From an uncultured archaeon (GTDB taxonomy: Archaea > Asgardarchaeota > Thorarchaeia > Thorarchaeales > Thorarchaeaceae): a stretch of 38,525 nucleotides of DNA. Below are positions 27,194 to 36,109 of this stretch, piece after piece; the stretch's first letter is position 1; every line of letters starts with the position of its first letter. The DNA lies in contig CAYWJO010000034.1 in the NCBI GenBank assembly GCA_964458565.1, positions 1 to 38,525 on the forward strand, in the 5' to 3' direction. The notes below the pieces were generated by a model. That model saw only the letters and a program-made list of their open reading frames with translations. It ran no database searches and was not told the origin of the DNA. The translations under genes were made by a program, and so were the position numbers.

Positions 27194-28282
27194 TTGACTG
27201 AAGCAGCTGAAACTACAACAGAGGATGTTGAATTCCTTCGAACTAAATTGCGTCAACTCAAAACTCAAGCTCGTGATGATTTAGAGGAATTACGTCGCCA
27301 TCGTGATAAGATGCGTGAATACAAAACAATCAGAGATGAACATAATAAGGAAGTAAGAGGTCTCATTGAGTCAGTAAAAGCAGAACGAGAAGCTCGTGAT
27401 GCTATTAACACTGATATCAACGAAGCAAAAGAGAAGAGAACCGCCCTACACGCTCAACTCAAGAGCATTTATGATGAGATTCGTGAGTTACGTGGGACTA
27501 TTGTGGGAAGCCCCTCAACAGATCAGAGACGAATGATGCGTCGAGTTGAGGAACTCGAATGGAAACAACAAACTGAACAGCTATCAATTGATGAAGAACG
27601 CTCCATAGTCGAAGAAATTGCTGAGATTGAAGCACGTCTTGTTAAGATTGGTCAACAAAAAGAGAAACAAGATAAAATCAGTGAGCTTCGAAGACTTGCT
27701 AGAAAGCTAAAAGAAGAGGCTACTGATGCTCATCAGAAGGTGTTGGATCTCTCAGAACAATCACAGATTCATCATAAAGAAGTTGTAAGGATTCGGCCAC
27801 AACTTGAAGAATATAAGAAATCTGCAGATACTGCACATCAGAATTTTGTAGAATGGCTCAAGAAGGTTAAGGTTGGTGAAGCTAAACTCAAGGAAATTCG
27901 CACCCAGATTGACGAAATCCAAGGTAAGCTAAGAAAACATCAATCGGATCAACCATCCAAACAGGATAGAAGGGCACTAGTTCGAGCAGAGCAGAATGAA
28001 CGTGCACAAGAAGCAGCTGAAAAACTGCAATCTGGTGGAAGGCTCACATTTGATGAATTCATTCTTGCGCGAAGAGCTGTTACCGACGATAAGAAACGTA
28101 AGAAGCAACGTTCTGACGATCGACGAGATGATGACGAAGCTCAAGGTGAAGCGGAAATCCCAGATGATGAAGATATCGAAGATGATTTAGCTGAAGAATC
28201 TGAGGCATCAGTAGAACCAGAAACAGCTGAAGAATCTGAGGCATCAGTAGAACCAGAAACAGCTGAAGATTCTGAGGAGTGA
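27194..28282 (+). CDS. Archaeal coiled-coil protein (COG1340-like) with acidic tail
   Basis: LEWKQQTEQLSIDEER..IAE, KLQSGGRLTFDEF; GAGGT RBS before TTG. Confidence 0.85.
   Translation: MTEAAETTTEDVEFLRTKLRQLKTQARDDLEELRRHRDKMREYKTIRDEHNKEVRGLIESVKAEREARDAINTDINEAKEKRTALHAQLKSIYDEIRELRGTIVGSPSTDQRRMMRRVEELEWKQQTEQLSIDEERSIVEEIAEIEARLVKIGQQKEKQDKISELRRLARKLKEEATDAHQKVLDLSEQSQIHHKEVVRIRPQLEEYKKSADTAHQNFVEWLKKVKVGEAKLKEIRTQIDEIQGKLRKHQSDQPSKQDRRALVRAEQNERAQEAAEKLQSGGRLTFDEFILARRAVTDDKKRKKQRSDDRRDDDEAQGEAEIPDDEDIEDDLAEESEASVEPETAEESEASVEPETAEDSEE
28190..28277 (+). repeat. 36-bp in-frame tandem repeat (about 2.4 copies)
   Basis: GCTGAAGAATCTGAGGCATCAGTAGAACCAGAAACA at 28190 and 28226, partial at 28262; encodes AEESEASVEPET. 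Confidence 0.95.
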
Positions 28283-28327
28283 TCTGACCTATCAATGATC
28301 ACCAGTCTAAGCGAATGAAGTGATCAT

Positions 28328-29587
28328 TTGAGCAGTAAAAATCAGCGGCCTGTAGGACGTTCTTCAGCAGTCCTCCTATTCTATATCCTTGCAATGGGTT
28401 CAGGTATTTTCAGGACATTCTCGGTTGCATTTGATTTTCTGGCTTTGAACACTACCACTCTCAATCCTGTTGTATTCGGATTCATGTCCCAGTGGGTAAG
28501 TTTTATTGTTGTAGTTGGTCTGGTTCTTTTCCTTAGTATACCTAAGAAAATGGATGGTCGAAACTTACCATTGGGATTTCGCTTGGATCCTGATTTCGGA
28601 AGAATTCGATTTTTACCTAAGAAACCGATGATGTATCTTATAGCTGCGGGATTCTTTGCAGGTATTTCTACAACAACCTATTATTTCATGATTGGGTCCA
28701 CCAATGCATCATCTGTGTTACCTTACGGTCAGCTTGTTATTGTTTATCTATTGATTGCTGATCTATTTGCTGAAAAGGACACTCCTACGATAATAGAGAT
28801 ACAATGCATCACTAGTATACTTCTAGGTGTTCTGTTAGTCGGTGTTACGCCTGGTGGGTTTGATCTAGGCACCCTTGCTCTAGTTCTTATTCCTATGAAC
28901 ATATCCTCTGCCTTTGTTACGTTTTACCAGAGAAAAGCTAAGCGATATGAATTACGTTCTGGTTTGAAAGTTGATTCACTCAATATTCGCCTATGGTCTC
29001 TTCTTGTTCTAAATTTAACATTCAGTATCCTTGCGCTAGTGCTAGTTCCACCTCAGAATTGGAATTCAATGACCATTACCTTTCTACCATTATTGGGGTT
29101 CATGATAGGTTCAGCAGTGGCAACCTTTCTTTCACTCGTCTTTTATGTAAGAGCTCTAGGGCGGGGTTCGATGTCTGTTGTAAACTCGCTCTCATCAATA
29201 TCTGTCGTTCTAGGAATTCCCCTCACTCTTATTGGGAACCTCATAATTCCTGGGGCATTCGGAGAAATATCTGCGGATACATTCCTTTGGATGTTGAGAG
29301 TTTTTGGTGTCATTCTAGTGGTGATTGGAGTAATCGCTTTGCAAGCTGCTGATGTGCGATCTATTGTAACGATTAAAGTGAAACGACAGACAGGCGATAT
29401 ATTGCCTGCACTCTTCGATATCAAAGGCGTAGAGAGTGCATCTGCTGTGGCAGGATTACATGATTATATACTATCAATCAAAAGTCGGAGTTTGGGAAAG
29501 ACACGTTCGAATATTCTGAGAAAAATACAAACTATACCTGAGGTTAGTGAAGTTGAAACAATGGTTATTTTACGAGAGTTTAGATAG
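28328..29587 (+). CDS. DMT/EamA-like transporter fused to C-terminal Lrp/AsnC ligand-binding (RAM) domain
   Basis: About 10 TM helices in two repeats; C-terminal IKGVESASAVAGLHDYIL..IQTIPEVSEVETMV. Confidence 0.85.
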   Translation: MSSKNQRPVGRSSAVLLFYILAMGSGIFRTFSVAFDFLALNTTTLNPVVFGFMSQWVSFIVVVGLVLFLSIPKKMDGRNLPLGFRLDPDFGRIRFLPKKPMMYLIAAGFFAGISTTTYYFMIGSTNASSVLPYGQLVIVYLLIADLFAEKDTPTIIEIQCITSILLGVLLVGVTPGGFDLGTLALVLIPMNISSAFVTFYQRKAKRYELRSGLKVDSLNIRLWSLLVLNLTFSILALVLVPPQNWNSMTITFLPLLGFMIGSAVATFLSLVFYVRALGRGSMSVVNSLSSISVVLGIPLTLIGNLIIPGAFGEISADTFLWMLRVFGVILVVIGVIALQAADVRSIVTIKVKRQTGDILPALFDIKGVESASAVAGLHDYILSIKSRSLGKTRSNILRKIQTIPEVSEVETMVILREFR

Positions 29588-29605
29588 AATTGAGGTTGAA
29601 ACAAT

Positions 29606-29857
29606 ATGAGCGACACTGTTCAAGCATATATTTTGATGACTGTAGAGATTGGGAAGACGGATGAGGTCTTAACAGAACTTAGAAAGATCGATGAAGCAGT
29701 GAGGGTTTCTGTCACGACCGGCGGATATGATATTATCGTCCTTATTGAGGTCCCTGATTTGGAAGGTCTATACAATATTACTATTCATAGAATTCACAAG
29801 ATACCTGGGATTTATGAAACAACAACTGCTGTTGTTGAGAAGATGATTTCTGTTTAA
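29606..29857 (+). CDS. Stand-alone Lrp/AsnC ligand-binding (RAM) domain protein
   Basis: AYILMTVEIG..TGGYDII..IHKIPGIYETTT; no HTH. Confidence 0.92.
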   Translation: MSDTVQAYILMTVEIGKTDEVLTELRKIDEAVRVSVTTGGYDIIVLIEVPDLEGLYNITIHRIHKIPGIYETTTAVVEKMISV

Positions 29858-29954
29858 ATCATCAAATTTTCAAAATCAACAATACTGCCATCTCCATACG
29901 GTTTTTTACATAGTTCTGCGTCTGCTAACTCAAGCATCATGGAGTGTAGCAAAT

Positions 29955-30899
29955 TTGGATGAAGTAACAATCACTGAGCTGACTAAGAATTTTGGAGAGC
30001 TTGTTGCAGTTGATCATATTGACCTCAATGTTCCTGTAGGTTCAATCTTTGGTTTACTAGGTCCTAATGGGGCTGGAAAAAGCACCACCGTTCGTCTTCT
30101 ATGCACATTGCTAAAACCCACAGATGGTACAGCGTGTATTGGGGGTCATGATATTCTAACAGAACCTGTTGCTGTTCGAGAGATTACAGGTGTTCTTCCT
30201 GAAGAGGGGAACCATACCCTCTATCCTGCTATGTCCGCTTATGAAAACCTCGAATATTTTGCTAGGCTCTATTCTGTTCCTGAGGATGTGATTCCAGGTA
30301 GAATCGAGGAATTACTCGGATTCATGGAATTATGGGATCGTAGGGACGATAAAGCTGGGGAACTCAGTACAGGAAATCGACAGAGGCTTGCTTTGTGTAG
30401 AGCTTTGCTTCATCAACCTAAGGTCCTATTACTGGATGAGCCTACGTCAGCTCTTGACCCTGTCGCTGCAAAACGAGTCAGAGAATTGATTCTGAATTTG
30501 TCTCAACAATATGAGCAGACATTTTTCATCAACAGTCACAATCTAGCTGAAGTACAACGGATATGTGATCGAATTGCTATCATAGATGAAGGTAAGATTC
30601 TTCTGTCTGGAAAGACAGAAGAGTTACGTGCTACTCTCAAGGCACAGCAAGAGTATCGGATTCAGATTGCTGGAGATGTTTCTCCAGCTGAATCTATAGC
30701 CAAGCGAGCTGACTTTGTAGAATCAGTTACATCTGATGTTGATTCAATCTTGGTGAAGGTAAATAATCCCTTTGAAAACAACTCGACTCTAATGAGGATG
30801 TTACTTGAAGGTGGAGTAAAAATTATAGAATTCGCAGAAGAGGAGGCATCGTTGGAAGACCTCTATCTTGAGGTAATAAAAGGAGGCGCAGGACAATGA
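29955..30899 (+). CDS. ABC exporter ATP-binding protein
   Basis: GPNGAGKST, LSTGNRQR, LLDEPT, SH. Confidence 0.95.
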   Translation: MDEVTITELTKNFGELVAVDHIDLNVPVGSIFGLLGPNGAGKSTTVRLLCTLLKPTDGTACIGGHDILTEPVAVREITGVLPEEGNHTLYPAMSAYENLEYFARLYSVPEDVIPGRIEELLGFMELWDRRDDKAGELSTGNRQRLALCRALLHQPKVLLLDEPTSALDPVAAKRVRELILNLSQQYEQTFFINSHNLAEVQRICDRIAIIDEGKILLSGKTEELRATLKAQQEYRIQIAGDVSPAESIAKRADFVESVTSDVDSILVKVNNPFENNSTLMRMLLEGGVKIIEFAEEEASLEDLYLEVIKGGAGQ

Positions 30900-31660
30900 G
30901 TCGGAGTAAACCATTGATTGTTGCAATGGCTGATCTAAAAATGACAATGAAGGTCAAATACATTCGTTATAGCTTGATTGCAGTAGGGCTCCTTGGTCCC
31001 GTTATGGCTACTGCTATGATGATTTTGGGATTTGCATTTTTACCACCTGGATCTCCAGACTACGAAATCATGGTTGCTATCATGATGCCAATGGGAGCTA
31101 GTATGTTAGCGCTCGTATCAGTAATCCCTGCAACGCTCATTGCCGCAAATACACTTGTTGGTGAGCGGGAGCAGAAGACGTTAGAGCCCCTCCTTGCCAC
31201 TCCCTTGACTGATCGTGAATTGATTTGGGGTAAGACTCTGAGTGCATTAATTCCTAGTATAATCCTTCTTTATGGAGGTACTGCTATTTCAACAATCGCT
31301 GTTTATATTGGACTTCTGGTTCTCGGTGCACCTCCTATCATCTTCCCTGATCTACCAGGGATGTTTCTGATTTTCTGTGCTGGACCAGTTGTTGTTCTAG
31401 CGGTGGTATCAGTAATGGTCTTGATTAGCAGCCGAGTTAGTCGTGTCTATGAAGCCTATCAAACGGGCACCTTAGCAGTAATGATTTTAATAATTCCGAT
31501 GTTTGGGTCTTTTGGTTCAATCGAAACCGGTGTCAGTGATCCGACCGGGGTCTGGATGACTAATATTATTACATTCCTTATTGCCTCAGTTCTAGCAGCC
31601 GTGACATGGGCAATTGCTCTAAAGCAGTTCAACCGCGATCATCTTGTTTCTCTTGTTTAA
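30896..31660 (+). CDS. ABC-2 permease
   Basis: GEREQKTLEPLLATP..WGK; TM helices; ATGA overlap with ATPase. Confidence 0.92.
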   Translation: MSRSKPLIVAMADLKMTMKVKYIRYSLIAVGLLGPVMATAMMILGFAFLPPGSPDYEIMVAIMMPMGASMLALVSVIPATLIAANTLVGEREQKTLEPLLATPLTDRELIWGKTLSALIPSIILLYGGTAISTIAVYIGLLVLGAPPIIFPDLPGMFLIFCAGPVVVLAVVSVMVLISSRVSRVYEAYQTGTLAVMILIIPMFGSFGSIETGVSDPTGVWMTNIITFLIASVLAAVTWAIALKQFNRDHLVSLV

Positions 31661-31666
31661 ATTATA

Positions 31667-31696
31667 GGGGAGGTGCATTCCTCCTCCTTCCTCTTT
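31667..31696. terminator. Hairpin between convergent genes
   Basis: GGGGAGG-TGCATT-CCTCCTCC followed by a pyrimidine tract. Confidence 0.5.
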
Positions 31697-32224
31697 CTAA
31701 TCTTGAAGTTTCTTCAATCCCTTAGGATATCTATGTGCTAAATCACGATATATTCCTTTGAATTTAGTCAACTCCTCTTTATGATGCTCCTGTACATCAC
31801 CGATAATTTTTGCTGGTACACCTACAGCAATCTTACCATCTGGAATTTCAAATCCCTGTCTCACAACGGCACCCTCGCCAACAATGACCCACTCTCCAAT
31901 GGTTGCATAATCCGACACTATTGCGCCCATACCAATTACAGCTTCATCCTTAACAGTTGCATTGTGAACGATACAACCATGACCCAAAGTGACGTTGTTT
32001 CCAATAGTTGTCAATTCCTCAGGTCTTGCGTGAATGATCACATTATCCTGGACGCTGTTACCATGTCCGATTCTTATCTCTCCATAATCACCCTTAACTA
32101 CAGCTCCTGGGGCAACATAGCATTCCTCACCTATAGTCACTTTACCGATAACTGTCGCGCTCTTGCTGATGTAAGTGTTCTTCCCGATTTTGGGAACTCT
32201 TCCTTCGAATTCGTATACCGTCAT
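31697..32224 (-). CDS. Gamma carbonic anhydrase family (PaaY/CaiE-like) protein
   Basis: Hexapeptide repeats, VQDNVIIH, GH..VH, GVPAK. Confidence 0.93.
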   Translation of the reverse strand: MTVYEFEGRVPKIGKNTYISKSATVIGKVTIGEECYVAPGAVVKGDYGEIRIGHGNSVQDNVIIHARPEELTTIGNNVTLGHGCIVHNATVKDEAVIGMGAIVSDYATIGEWVIVGEGAVVRQGFEIPDGKIAVGVPAKIIGDVQEHHKEELTKFKGIYRDLAHRYPKGLKKLQD

Positions 32225-32372
32225 GGATTGACCACCAGATTATCTAGATTTTCGTCTAAATATTAACTTGGGTATATGATTCTTATTTTTAATACAACGC
32301 CGAAATGTTAAAGGCTAACGATTTCAATAGCAACTGATAGTAACCTCATATTATCTGAGGAAGTGATTCGCA

Positions 32373-32753
32373 TTGACTGTTGAAAATCCATTTTTCCCGA
32401 TTCTAAAAGGGGAATCAGTTGGTGAAAGCGGTGTTATTACTGGATACGCTGTGCTCATTAGAAATCCAGAGGATTTGAAGCGTGAGTGGGGGACAAACGA
32501 TATTGCTATTCTTAAAGCTGAGATGGAGTCTCATTTCGATTCCAATCCCGGTGATATTGACATGGTCTTCCAAAACGTATCAGCTGTCATTGCTGAATTC
32601 GGAGAGCCTATTGGTGAATTCGCTTCTATCGCGCATGTAAGAGAGGCGATTTGTCTTGTGAAAGCTCTAGATGCGGCTTTTGTTTTAGAAGATGGGATGC
32701 ACATCACAGTTTCAGCTTCTGAGAACTTAGGCGAAATCTATTTTATCGACTAA
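32373..32753 (+). CDS. Stand-alone PEP-utilizer mobile (swivelling) domain protein lacking the phospho-His
   Basis: LKG..G.ITG.A, AVIAEFG, LEDGMHITV..GEIY pattern. Confidence 0.65.
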   Translation: MTVENPFFPILKGESVGESGVITGYAVLIRNPEDLKREWGTNDIAILKAEMESHFDSNPGDIDMVFQNVSAVIAEFGEPIGEFASIAHVREAICLVKALDAAFVLEDGMHITVSASENLGEIYFID

Positions 32754-32807
32754 TTAATAGTTCTTCATCCGGAGGATGGCGAACTGTCAAAGATTAAGCC
32801 AGTAAAA

Positions 32808-33806
32808 GTGGAGATTTTAGACTGGTCAAGAGTACGGTTTGTTCATCTTACAGTTCTTACATTCATCACACCAGCTCTATTGGGATATGGTGGATTGCTT
32901 CTTGTCATTTGTTACTATCTTGAGGGTCTAATCGAAATTGGGGCGTTTGTAGTGATACAGATTATAATTGGTTTAACTCTGTCAAGGCTCGCTTTTGTTA
33001 TGGGGACACGAGCTCAAGAAGTCCTTGGATTTCAAGACCCAAGTAGACTTGATCCTAGTTGGATTCCGTGCGAAGAACCGATCACTCGAGGTGAGATTAG
33101 ACGTTTATTCGAAAAAATGCAGTTAGCATTAGGAAGCGATGAAAAAGTGGCTATTGATGACCTTAATGATGTTAGCTGGTTTACCATCGTGGTATGGGCA
33201 ATGGTGTCCATCATCCTATTTGGTTTCATTGGTCAAAATATACTACTATGTATTAGTCCTGCATTTATTTTGACGGTTTCTTGTATAGCACTTTATCGAA
33301 ATGGGTATCACTCAAAATTATTTTCTGAACTTGATGATATTCTTGATCATCTTGAATATCTCGTTATATCGCGTCTAGATTCATTCTCTGAATTATTAGA
33401 TAAAGTAAAAGTCAATTCATACGTTTGTTGGATGAGGAAAACTGACAAGCAAGTACTTGATGACATTGTGACTCGGATTGTAATCAAAGAAAACGATCCA
33501 AAGAATATGGTCAAAATTGAGCATAATATTGGATTACCCTCAGTGGTTAAGGAAACTCTGAAAATAACAATAATGAATGAATCACTCTACAATACCATTT
33601 TGGGAAACACACAAGTTCTCGTAAATACAAGGAATTGGGTGCTAAGTGAAAATGATACTAAAGAAGAAAAAATCATAATATTGATCAACACCGAGAATTC
33701 TCCTGATTGGGGTGATTTTGAATCCCTAATCTCATCCCCCTCTCAAATACAATACGAGTCCAATGCAATTCGTGAATTATTGGAACCTCTTATTCCTGAC
33801 GGATAA
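32808..33806 (+). CDS. Hypothetical membrane protein (4 TM plus soluble C-terminal domain)
   Basis: Two TM hairpins, 332 aa. Confidence 0.75.
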   Translation: MEILDWSRVRFVHLTVLTFITPALLGYGGLLLVICYYLEGLIEIGAFVVIQIIIGLTLSRLAFVMGTRAQEVLGFQDPSRLDPSWIPCEEPITRGEIRRLFEKMQLALGSDEKVAIDDLNDVSWFTIVVWAMVSIILFGFIGQNILLCISPAFILTVSCIALYRNGYHSKLFSELDDILDHLEYLVISRLDSFSELLDKVKVNSYVCWMRKTDKQVLDDIVTRIVIKENDPKNMVKIEHNIGLPSVVKETLKITIMNESLYNTILGNTQVLVNTRNWVLSENDTKEEKIIILINTENSPDWGDFESLISSPSQIQYESNAIRELLEPLIPDG

Positions 33807-33935
33807 GTGTGATATATCGATATGCATAAGAAGTTTAAATTATGGATTGAGTTAGAACAATATAGAACTAGTTCAATGAGAACCATCTTCTTAAATACGC
33901 TCGAAATAATTCATTAATCCCAGAGGAATAAACGA

Positions 33936-35297
33936 ATGCGCATAATGTTGAAAGTTGACCCACAATGGCTTGCACTTGAAAGAAAGAGTATGGGCAAAAT
34001 CAAACGTGAATATGATTATTGGGCTGCTCAAACATTGAAGAAGGCGCAAGAAGCATCTGATCTTAGGACACTACGCGAAGTATTCTACCAATTGGGAGAT
34101 AGATGGGAATTCGAACAGGCTACAGGTGATTGGTTGTCAGAAGGCGACCCTTTAGATGCTGTTGGCTTAATCCTTAGGATTCCTGGATTCAAACCAAATA
34201 AGGAACGTTATGTAATCTATATGGTTATGGCTTATAGCAAAGGAGTTACAGATCAATTCGACCATCTTGGTGATAAGGAACGAATTATCATAGAGCGAGA
34301 TACTAAAACCAGTAAGATGTACTGTTGGTCTACAACAGGTCACGGTGCCATGGATTTGTTCCCTATTGACCTCAGCAAATTCAAATCTGTTGAAGACGCC
34401 CTCAAATGCTCCTATCTTGTGGCACAACCAGGTGATCATGCACTAAGACTTGAGATCCCACGAAGTGTAAGTGAATCTTTTCAATTATTTCCTAGGCTGT
34501 GGGAGATTGCTACAGGAAGTGCTGACTTCAGAGCCAAGGAAATACAGTTGTTGAATTATCATGAGATTGAAGAAGTACTTGATTTTCAATTTGCTCGATA
34601 TGCTAAAGCTGTCATTAGTCTTGAGGCATTCTGGAAAAAGGAATCGCAAGGTGCTGTGGGGAAGGCAAAAGAAGCTGTTTTGGATAAAATTCCTGACCAT
34701 ATTGAAGCATTGAATAAAGAAACGCTCCGAAAAATCGAAGGCCTTTTGCATAGACTTTGGTTCACTCCTCCTGTATATCAACTTGATAGAATACATGCAA
34801 TATATAATGAATTGATTTCAGAACCCACTCCAACTATGGTTGAATCTGAAATCATTCCCTATCTTGGAGAATTAATTTACAGCCTGAACGACTTGTTGGA
34901 AAAAGCACAATACCTCAAATGGAAAAGTGTGATTGACAAGAAGGGTTTTGATAAGAGTGATATCTTCCAAGGTCTTGAACTCTCACGAATGCAAAAAGAG
35001 GCATTTGCTGTCGCGCTCGATGATATCTTGAGGGAACATACCCTATCCTACGTTGGATATCCTGAACGTAGTACAATTCTTAGTAAGGCAATTCGTGGAA
35101 TTTTTGGTTTTGTGATACTTCCGCTAAGGTTGGCGGCAAAGAGTGTTGATAAATTCGTTTCAAAGATATCTCATTTTGTATCGAGGATATCCAAGAGGCC
35201 AAGCAAGGATGGGCAATCGACTGATGAAGATTCAACAATAGATGAAGAATCATCTACACAAGACGAAAAACCACCTAGTGCCTCAGATGATCAATAA
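33936..35297 (+). CDS. Hypothetical protein, possible Vps62/NPP1-like N-terminal domain
   Basis: DHLGDKE, WSTTGHG, AQPGDHA motifs; helical C-terminal half and acidic tail. Confidence 0.75.
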   Translation: MRIMLKVDPQWLALERKSMGKIKREYDYWAAQTLKKAQEASDLRTLREVFYQLGDRWEFEQATGDWLSEGDPLDAVGLILRIPGFKPNKERYVIYMVMAYSKGVTDQFDHLGDKERIIIERDTKTSKMYCWSTTGHGAMDLFPIDLSKFKSVEDALKCSYLVAQPGDHALRLEIPRSVSESFQLFPRLWEIATGSADFRAKEIQLLNYHEIEEVLDFQFARYAKAVISLEAFWKKESQGAVGKAKEAVLDKIPDHIEALNKETLRKIEGLLHRLWFTPPVYQLDRIHAIYNELISEPTPTMVESEIIPYLGELIYSLNDLLEKAQYLKWKSVIDKKGFDKSDIFQGLELSRMQKEAFAVALDDILREHTLSYVGYPERSTILSKAIRGIFGFVILPLRLAAKSVDKFVSKISHFVSRISKRPSKDGQSTDEDSTIDEESSTQDEKPPSASDDQ

Positions 35298-36018
35298 TAT
35301 TGATTGGCGATTCAAGAATTAATACATCCGCCGGAGCTATCTTTTCTTCATCTGGGTTTGCCCAGGTAACTAGAATTGGAATCATCTCAGCTCTCTGCGC
35401 TGCTATGATATCCGCATTTACATCATTCCCAACAAATGCACACCGTTTTGGGTTCACATTCATTTCAGAAGCTGCAATGATTAATGTATAAGGACTTGGT
35501 TTCGCGTATCCTGGGACTCCAGTCCACTGAACTGAAGAGAGCAAGTTGAAAATTCCACTCTTCATTAGAAGAGGTACCGGATCGTCATGTCGTCTTGTGC
35601 AGACACCTACCTTATACTTCATCTGATGTAATTCTACAAGTGTTCTTCTTCCATCCTCTGTCAGCCATTCAAATGGGAACTCAGCATTAGAATTAAATGC
35701 TGTATCCTTCCATTCTCTCTCAAAATTGATTAACTTATCATCAGTTAGTGAATCAATCCCCAATTCGTTGAATAAGGTTCTATTTACTTCAAGCCAATGC
35801 TCAGGTTTTGTACCCCAATGAATATCCACATTGTTCTTGACCTGTAGTCCTTTCATGAACTTGTCTGCTACCAGAAGTGCAGCTTGGAGTTCACTTCGGT
35901 CATATTCCCTTAGAGATATACCTACTTTCTCAGCGACATCAATGACTAGTGTAGTAAAATCAGTAGATGTTTCAGTTATAGTATGATGTAGATCAAAGAT
36001 GAATGCATCAACTTCCAT
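35275..36018 (-). CDS. HAD-IA family hydrolase
   Basis: FDLHHT, KPSP, FVGND..ADI.AA..A. Confidence 0.88.
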   Translation of the reverse strand: MEVDAFIFDLHHTITETSTDFTTLVIDVAEKVGISLREYDRSELQAALLVADKFMKGLQVKNNVDIHWGTKPEHWLEVNRTLFNELGIDSLTDDKLINFEREWKDTAFNSNAEFPFEWLTEDGRRTLVELHQMKYKVGVCTRRHDDPVPLLMKSGIFNLLSSVQWTGVPGYAKPSPYTLIIAASEMNVNPKRCAFVGNDVNADIIAAQRAEMIPILVTWANPDEEKIAPADVLILESPINIIDHLRH

Positions 36019-36109
36019 ACGAGAACCTCAACAATTGTGTCATGGATGCCTAGAAGAATATTTGGATTATTCCTGATATGCTAGCGGTGGATTCAATAAG
36101 CCATCTATA

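Noticed and set aside
28190-28277. CRISPR-like 36-bp repeat
   Set aside because: No spacers; in-frame coding tandem repeat
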